64,000 bases of DNA from Ranitomeya imitator (Eukaryota): the NCBI RefSeq assembly GCF_032444005.1, contig NC_091288.1, positions 217,682,001-217,746,000 on the forward strand, written 5' to 3'. Shown in pieces: positions 57,440 to 64,000 of the stretch. The translations under genes were made by a program, and so were the position numbers. Below the pieces are notes generated by a model. It saw only the letters and a program-made list of their open reading frames with translations. It searched no databases and had not been told where the DNA came from. Position 1 is the stretch's first letter; every line of letters begins with the position of its first letter.

Positions 57440-60400
57440 ATGCCGGGTAGCGCCCTGACTCGAGTTGTTACCGCGGCCTCCGTCACCGCTGCGCTCGTCA
57501 GGTGCGCTCATCTGTACTGTTGTAGTGCCGCCTTGTGTTCTCTGTGTGTCAGGCTGCCCCGTATTTCTGGAATTGTGTTCATGCACCAGGAGACTCTGGC
57601 TGAGCAGCTGCAGGTCCTTGTCCTGACTCGGTTCTTTCTCCCGCAGTGTCCTGTTGTCATACTGGTACAGCAGCCGTCCGCCAGCGATGGCGACTCACGT
57701 CAAGGCGTTGACCTCCCCGTACCCAGGCTCCAAGGTGGAGAGGAGGCCGGTTCCCCAGGAGAAGGTCAGCTGGTCTGTAGAGTGGCCGGAGTATCAGCCC
57801 GTAGAATACACTGCCCCCTCCGTTCTCGCCCAACCTCCCTGGGCCGACCTTCCACAAAGGTGAGAGGTGCGTGGAAGCCGCCGGACCAGTCCGGCTAGTC
57901 TCGTGTAGCGCTTTCTGGTAACACCCAGGCTGGGCGAGGATTTTGGCTCTGGGTTCTCAGTGTTCACTCCCGGGTCGGGGGTCTTCATCAGGAGCGTTCA
58001 TCGCAGATTCCTTCTTATGACGCCCAACTATACAGCACAGCGTCCCTTACGTATAAAGCCGCTACCGTGTTCTGAGCAACGGGGACCTCTAGTGTAAAAG
58101 TGTGGAACAGCCACCACCGAGCCGGCCGTCTCCTGCAGCAGGCTGTCCAAAAATTATCCAAAACTGGAGCAGGGTCCCCTGTCATATGTAAAGGTGTCAC
58201 ACCAAGATTACAAATTACGCACAGATCCTGATAAAGGGGCTTGGTGTTGACTTTTTGAATAGTGCGGTGGTCGCACATGCAGGTCAGCTGTCCATTCGTT
58301 CTCTATGGCACAGAGCAGTGTCAGGCTGTCTCCAGTACGCTCATATTTAAGGGGGTTGGCTCATGGTTTTTTTGTCCCCCAGCAGATAAGAAGCTGGAAG
58401 GCAGAGGAGCTGTGCGTTCCTGAACAAAGAACATGAGACAACCCCTTTAAATGTGTGAGTGCCGGAGTCCAGAAGCGTGGTGCTGCTCTACCTCCTTCCT
58501 GCTTGCCTGGGGGCGGGGTGTTCCTGATGATTGACAGCTCAGACCTGCGGCATCGTCCCACGCTGCGCCCTCACCCGTCCCGCATGCAGAGAGCGCTTTG
58601 CCTCGGCAGCATCAGACGGGTCTAGAAGGCATGGAGCTTGCTCCTTGCTTAGGAGACCAACCACCACTGTCAGGGACTGCTCATTGCCAAGGTTACCGGC
58701 CACCTCTGCAGTCTACCAGTGGTGGTTGGCCTCCTAATCATTATGCTCTCAAATTAAAAATTCCCCTTGATTTTGAGAACGGAGAGGATTTTTAGTAAGA
58801 GCTAAATTGTAAAGTTGCTTATTTTTCACCAGCATGTTGCAATTTTATCCATTTAACAAAATTAACCAGCCCCTTTAATACATGGAGCAAGGGTGGGGGG
58901 CATGTGGGACCATGCGTCTATCCTGTTGGGGAACACCATAGACCGTCCTCAGGGTGGGTGGGGGTCCCAGTTATCAGCAGTGTATTACCGATCCTGTGGG
59001 TGGCTGAAAAAGACAAAACCATGAATGTGACTTTATCGAATTAGTCATTTTTTTATTAAAGGGAACCTGTCACCTGAATTTGGCGGGACCGGTTTTCGGT
59101 CATATGGGCGGAGTTTTCGGGTGTTTGATTCACCTTTTCCTTACCCGCTGGCTGCATGCTGGCCGCAATATTGGATTGAAGTTCATTCTCCGTAGTACAC
59201 GCCTGCGCAAGGCGTAAACCGGTCCCGCCAAATTCAGGTGACAGGTTCCCTTTAAGACTGAGTTACACCCAGAGCTGCAATCACAATTCCTCCGCCTGCT
59301 GTACTTGCTTGCTTGGACCACGTCTCTATTACCGTGTGCTCTGTACTAACACTAAACCACATGCGTCCTGAGAGCCAACAGAAAAGCAGCAGAAATGTGC
59401 CTGCAGATTTGGATGTGACTGGAGTACAGTAAAAGATGGATCTTCATGTGTTTTGCAGCAATGAAGACTTCTGCCCCAAGTACAACGCTCTCGACGGACA
59501 AGTAGAGAGAACCAGTTTTGAAGGGACGTACGAAGTAATAGACGGATGGCCGAGGTGAGTGCGGGCGACATACAATGGGGTATCCTACCGAGGTGAGTGT
59601 GGGCGACATACAATGGGGCGTCCTACCGAGGTGAGTGTGGGCGACATACAATGGGGTATCCTACCGAGGTGAGTGTGGGCGACATACAATGGGGCGTCCT
59701 ACCGAGGTGAGTGTGGGCGACATACAATGGGGCGTCCTACCAAGGTGAGTGTGGGCGACATACAATGGGGTATCCTACCGAGGTGAGTGTGGGCGACATA
59801 CAATGGGGCGTCCTACCGAGGTGAGTGTGGGCGACATACAATGGGGCGTCCTACCAAGGTGAGTGCGGGCGACATACAGTGGGGCGTCCTACCGCCTCTA
59901 CAGCAAGATCTGACTTCGAGCATTTGCTTCTTTTCACAGGAACCCCATGGGGCGCACAGGGATAATAGGGAGAGGACTTTTGGGGCGATGGGGACCTAAC
60001 CATGCAGCAGACCCCATCATAACCAGGTGAGCGCTGCTGCTGATACCGCTGCTGCTACTACTTACACTGCTGCTACTAACGCTGCTGCTACTACCACCAC
60101 TGCTACTACTGCTGCTACCGCTACTGCTGAAACGTGGCTGGATGAGAGCCATGACTGGGCTGTTAACTTGCAGGGCTATAGTCTGTTCAGAAATGACCAA
60201 ACGGATAAGCGAGGGGGAGGGGTGTGTCTGTATGTAAAATCGTCCTTAAAACCCATCTGGCGTGATAAATTACTGATAGGGGTTTGTTATAAGTCTCCAA
60301 AAATAATGGAAGCAATGGAGAATATCCTCGTAAAGCAAATAGATGAAGCTGCGACTCAAGAAATCATTATTATGGGGGACTTCAACTACCCTGAAATAGA

Positions 60401-63129
60401 TTGGGGAACGGAAACCTGCAGTTCCAGCAAAGGTGATCGGTGTCTGACAACTATGAGAGACAATTACCTTTCACAACTGGTTCAGGACCCAACAAGAAGG
60501 GGGGCACTGCTAGACCTAATATTAACCAACAGGCCAGACCGCATAGCAAATGTAAGGGTTGAGGATCACTTGGGGAATAGCGATCACAAAATAATAAGTT
60601 TTCATGTATCCTTTAATAAGATGTGTAATAGAGGGGTTACAAGGACACTAAACTTCAGGAGGGCAAATTTCCAACGGATGAGAGAGGATCTTGGTGCAAT
60701 TAACTGGGACGATATCCTGAGACACAAAAATACACAAAGAAAATGGGAGACGTTTATTAGCATCCTGGATAGGACCTGTGCACAGTATATACCGTATGGA
60801 AATAAACATACTAGAAATAGGAGGAAACCAATATGGCTAAATAGAGCTGTAAGGGGCGCAATAAGGGACAAAAAGAAAGAAGAATATAGAGAATTAAAGG
60901 AAGTAGGTAGTGAGGAGGCATTAAATAAATACAGAAAATTAAATAAATTCTGTAAAAAGCAAATCAAGGCAGCAAAGATTGAGACAGAGAGACTCAATGC
61001 CAGAGAGAGTAAAAATAATCCTAAAATATTCTACATAAATAGTAAGAAACTAAAAAATGATAGTGTTGGCCCCTTAAAAATAGTCTGGGTGAAATGGTGG
61101 ATGAGGATGAGGAAAAAGCCAATATGCTAAATGACTTTTTTCATCAGTATTTACACAAGAAAATCCCATGGCAGACAAAATGTCTAGTGATAAAAATTCC
61201 CCATTAAATGTCACCTGCTTAACCCAGCAGGAAGTGCGGCGGCGTCTAAAAATCACTAAAATTGACAAATCTCCGGGCCCGGATGGGATACACCCTCGAG
61301 CACTGCAGGAATTAAGTACAGTCATTGATAGACCATTATTATTTATCTTTAGAGACTCCATAATAACAGGGTCTGTACCACAGGACTGGCGTATAGCAAA
61401 TGTGGGGCCAATATTCAAAAAAGGGACAAAAACTGAACTCGGAAATTATCGGCCAGTAAGCTTAACCTCTACTGTGGGTAAAATCCTGGAGGGCATTCTA
61501 AGGGACGCTATACTGGAGTATCTGAAGAGGAATAACCTCATGACCCAGTATCAGCACGGGTTTACTAGGGACCGTTCATGTCAGACTAATTTGATCAGTT
61601 TCTATGAAGAGGTAAGTTCCAGATTGGACCAAGGGAACCCAGTGGACGTAGTGTATATGGACTTTTCAAAAGCTTTTGATACGGTGCCACACAAAAGGTT
61701 GATACATAAAATGAGAATAATGGGGATAGGGGAAAATATGTGCAAGTGGGTTGAGAGCTGGCTCAGGGATAGGAAACAAAGGGTGGTTATTAATGGAGCA
61801 CACTCGGACTGGGTAGCGGTTAGCAGTGGGGTACCACAGGGGTCAGTATTGGGCCCTCTTCTTTTTAACATATTTATTAATGACCTTGTAGGGGGCATTC
61901 AGAGTAGAATTTCAATATTTGCAGATGACACTAAACTCTGCAGGGTAATCAATACAGAGGAGGACAATTTTATATTACAGGATGATTTAGGTAAACTAGA
62001 AGCTTGGGCTGATAAATGGCAAATGAGCTTTAATGGGGATAAATGTAAGGGCATGCACTTGGGTAGAAGTAATAAGATGTATAATTATGCGCTTAATTCT
62101 AAAACTCTGGGCAAAACCATCAATGAAAAAGACCTGGTTGTATGGGTGGATGACAAACTCATTTTCAGTGGCCAGTGTCAGGCAGCTGCTACTAAGGCAA
62201 ATAAAATAATGGGATGCAGTAAAAGAGGCATAGATGCTCATGAGGAGAACATAATTTTACCTCTATACAAGTCACTAGTGCGACCACACTTAGAATACTG
62301 TGCACAGTTCTGGTCTCCGGTGTATAAGAAAGACATAGCTGAACTGGAGCGGGTGCAGAGAAGAGCGACCAAGGTTATTAGAGGACTGGGGGGTCTGCAA
62401 TACCAAGATAGGTTATTACACTTGGGGCTATTTAGTTTGGAAAAACGAAGACTAAGGGGTGATCTTATGTTAATGTATAAATATATGAGGGGACAGTACA
62501 AAGACCTTTCTGATGATCTTTTTAATCATAGACCTGAGACAGGGACAAGGGGGCATCCTCTACGTCTGGAGGAAAAAAGGTTTAGGCATAATAACAGACG
62601 CGGGTTCTTTACTGTAAGAGCAGTGAGACTATGGAACTCTCTGCCGTATGATGTTGTAATGAGTGATTCATTACTTAATTTTAAGAGGGGACTGGATACA
62701 TTTCTGGAAAAGTATAATGTTACAGGGTATATACACTAGATTCCTTGATAGGGCGTTGATCCAGGGAACTAGTCTGATTGCCGTATGTGGAGTCGGGAAG
62801 GAATTTTTTTCCCCAATGTGGAGCTTACTCTTTGCCACATGGGTTTTTTTGCCTTCCTCTGGATCAACATGTTAGGGCATGTTAGGTTAGGCTATGGGGT
62901 GAACTAGATGGAATTATGGTCTTCCTTCAACCGTAATAACTATGTTACCACTGCTGCTGCTGCTACTCTCCACAGTTATCATACCAGAATGTGTTTTACA
63001 TTTTGCTCCCCCTCCAGGTGGAAACGATCTACTGCAGGGGAGAAGATGCAGTATTCCGAGACTGGGAAACCTGTATTACAGTTTGTATCAATACAGAGGA
63101 AGGACTGCGGCCAGTGGGCGATCCCGGGG
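57440..63129 (+). CDS. NUDT9: ADP-ribose pyrophosphatase NUDT9, 5' coding exons: 57440-57501 (putative targeting peptide), 57647-57859, 59459-59554, 59940-60026, 63018-63129. The gene continues beyond the window.
   Basis: [67 protein letters not shown] and [18 protein letters not shown] match NUDT9. GT-AG junctions are in frame. The first exon is less certain because its donor (GTGCGC) is weak. Confidence 0.95.
58351..58446. mobile_element. Short T2-type MITE
   Basis: TTAA|GGGGGTTGGCTCATG...CATGAGACAACCCCT|TTAA. Confidence 0.6.
59060..59251. mobile_element. T2/Kolobok-type MITE
   Basis: TTAA TSD and a perfect ~36-bp TIR AGGGAACCTGTCACCTGAATTTGGCGGGACCGGTTT. Confidence 0.88.
59551..59892 (+). 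repeat. 38-bp VNTR x9 starting at the NUDT9 exon 3 splice donor
   Basis: C(G/A)AGGTGAGTGYGGGCGACATACAATGGGGYRTCCTAC, with GT at 59555, 59593, 59631, 59669, 59707, 59745, 59783, 59821 and 59859. Confidence 0.96.
60031..60128. repeat. (GCT/ACT)n trinucleotide microsatellite, continuing at about 62950-62968
   Basis: Imperfect GCT/ACT run on both sides of the CR1. Confidence 0.8.
60127..62948 (+). mobile_element. CR1 LINE (second subfamily), 5'-truncated and frameshifted, in NUDT9 intron 4
   Basis: [25 protein letters not shown] (APE). ORF 61168-62739 has [19 protein letters not shown] and IFADD. The tail is AACTATGTTAC. Confidence 0.95.
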
Positions 63130-63420
63130 GTGAGTGCAGAGCACATTACAGGCCCTGAGTGAAGGATGTGTGAAGATGGTACTGATCAGACACACAGGTC
63201 ACCGCAGGTAGGATTACACAATGTGACCCCTCTCACAGGGAGCACTGACAGTCATCGCTCCAAGCAGATATAGACAGAACTACACCTCCTGCTTCAAAGA
63301 CAAGACAGGACCTGAGCACCAGGGCGTTCATAGGAAATGTCACTGACAGAAACTGGAGATGTACGACTGCTGTGTATCCTCTAATGTATCCCGAGATCAT
63401 GGTGCAACAAGGATTAGTAC

Positions 63421-64000
63421 CATAACTCCTATAATACTGCCACTATGTACAAGAATATAACTCCTATAATACTGCCCCTATGTACAAGAATATAACTCCT
63501 ATAATACTGCCCCCTATGTACAAGAATATAACTACTATAATACTGCCCCCTATGTACAAGAATATAACTACCATAATACTGCTCCTATGTACAAGAATAT
63601 AACTACCATAATACTGCCCCTATGTACAAGAATATACTATAATACTGCCCCCCTATGTACAAGAATATATCTACTATAATACTGCCCCCCTATGTACAAG
63701 AATATATCTACTATAATACTGCCCCTATGTACAAGAATATAACTACTATAATACTGCTCCTATGTACAAGAATATAACTACTATAATACTGCCCCTATGT
63801 ACAAGAATATAACTACTATAATACTGCCCCCCTATGTACAAGAATATAACTACTATAATACTGCCCCTATGTACAAGAATATAACTACTATAATACTGCC
63901 CCCCTATGTACAAGAATATAACTACTATAATACTGCTCCTATGTACAAGAATATAACTACTATAATACTGCTCCTATGTACAAGAATATAACTACTGTAA
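63421..64000. repeat. 35-bp minisatellite in NUDT9 intron 5 (runs off the window)
   Basis: Same unit and orientation as 22056-32668. Confidence 0.95.

Noticed and set aside
60027-60128. Ala/Thr-rich N-terminus fused to a CR1 endonuclease (ORF 60027-61130)
   Set aside because: The ORF starts at the intron GT and reads through a microsatellite. It is not a real fusion protein.
57647-63129. TRPM2 NUDT9-homology domain instead of NUDT9
   Set aside because: The exons follow a promoter and short leader with no channel exons upstream, and the sequence matches NUDT9 itself.
63797-63991. MYKNITTIIL... ORF
   Set aside because: Translation of the 35-bp satellite.

Overview
Vertebrate (anuran-like, inferred from the repeat families) genomic DNA, very rich in transposons, with one assembly gap (N run 29236-29432). 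Host genes are a tandem duplication of a [SULT1B1-like sulfotransferase (+) / intronless RING-B1-B2-CC-B30.2 TRIM (-)] unit, followed by the 5' half of NUDT9 (+). The two units appear to have been inactivated reciprocally. In copy A the visible SULT exons are clean and the TRIM is a deleted pseudogene. In copy B the SULT has a hAT transposon inside coding exon 4 and the TRIM is an intact 493-aa ORF. Mobile DNA includes a near-full-length RTEX-like LINE, four CR1 copies, L2 ends, Tc1 relics, piggyBac-like TTAA elements carrying telomere-like repeats, hAT elements, a Helitron, solo LTRs, and Harbinger, T2 and Tigger-type MITEs. The most notable non-coding observations are: (1) several Penelope-like inverted-repeat elements carrying minimal hammerhead-ribozyme motifs with three different covarying core pairs at positions 3-8 (C-G, U-A, A-U); (2) an array of about 42 CLEAR/M-box motifs next to the NUDT9 CpG-rich promoter, which looks bidirectional and may drive the TRIM; (3) a 38-bp VNTR made of nine copies of a NUDT9 splice donor. 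Exon boundaries and coordinates were read by eye and no database searches were run.
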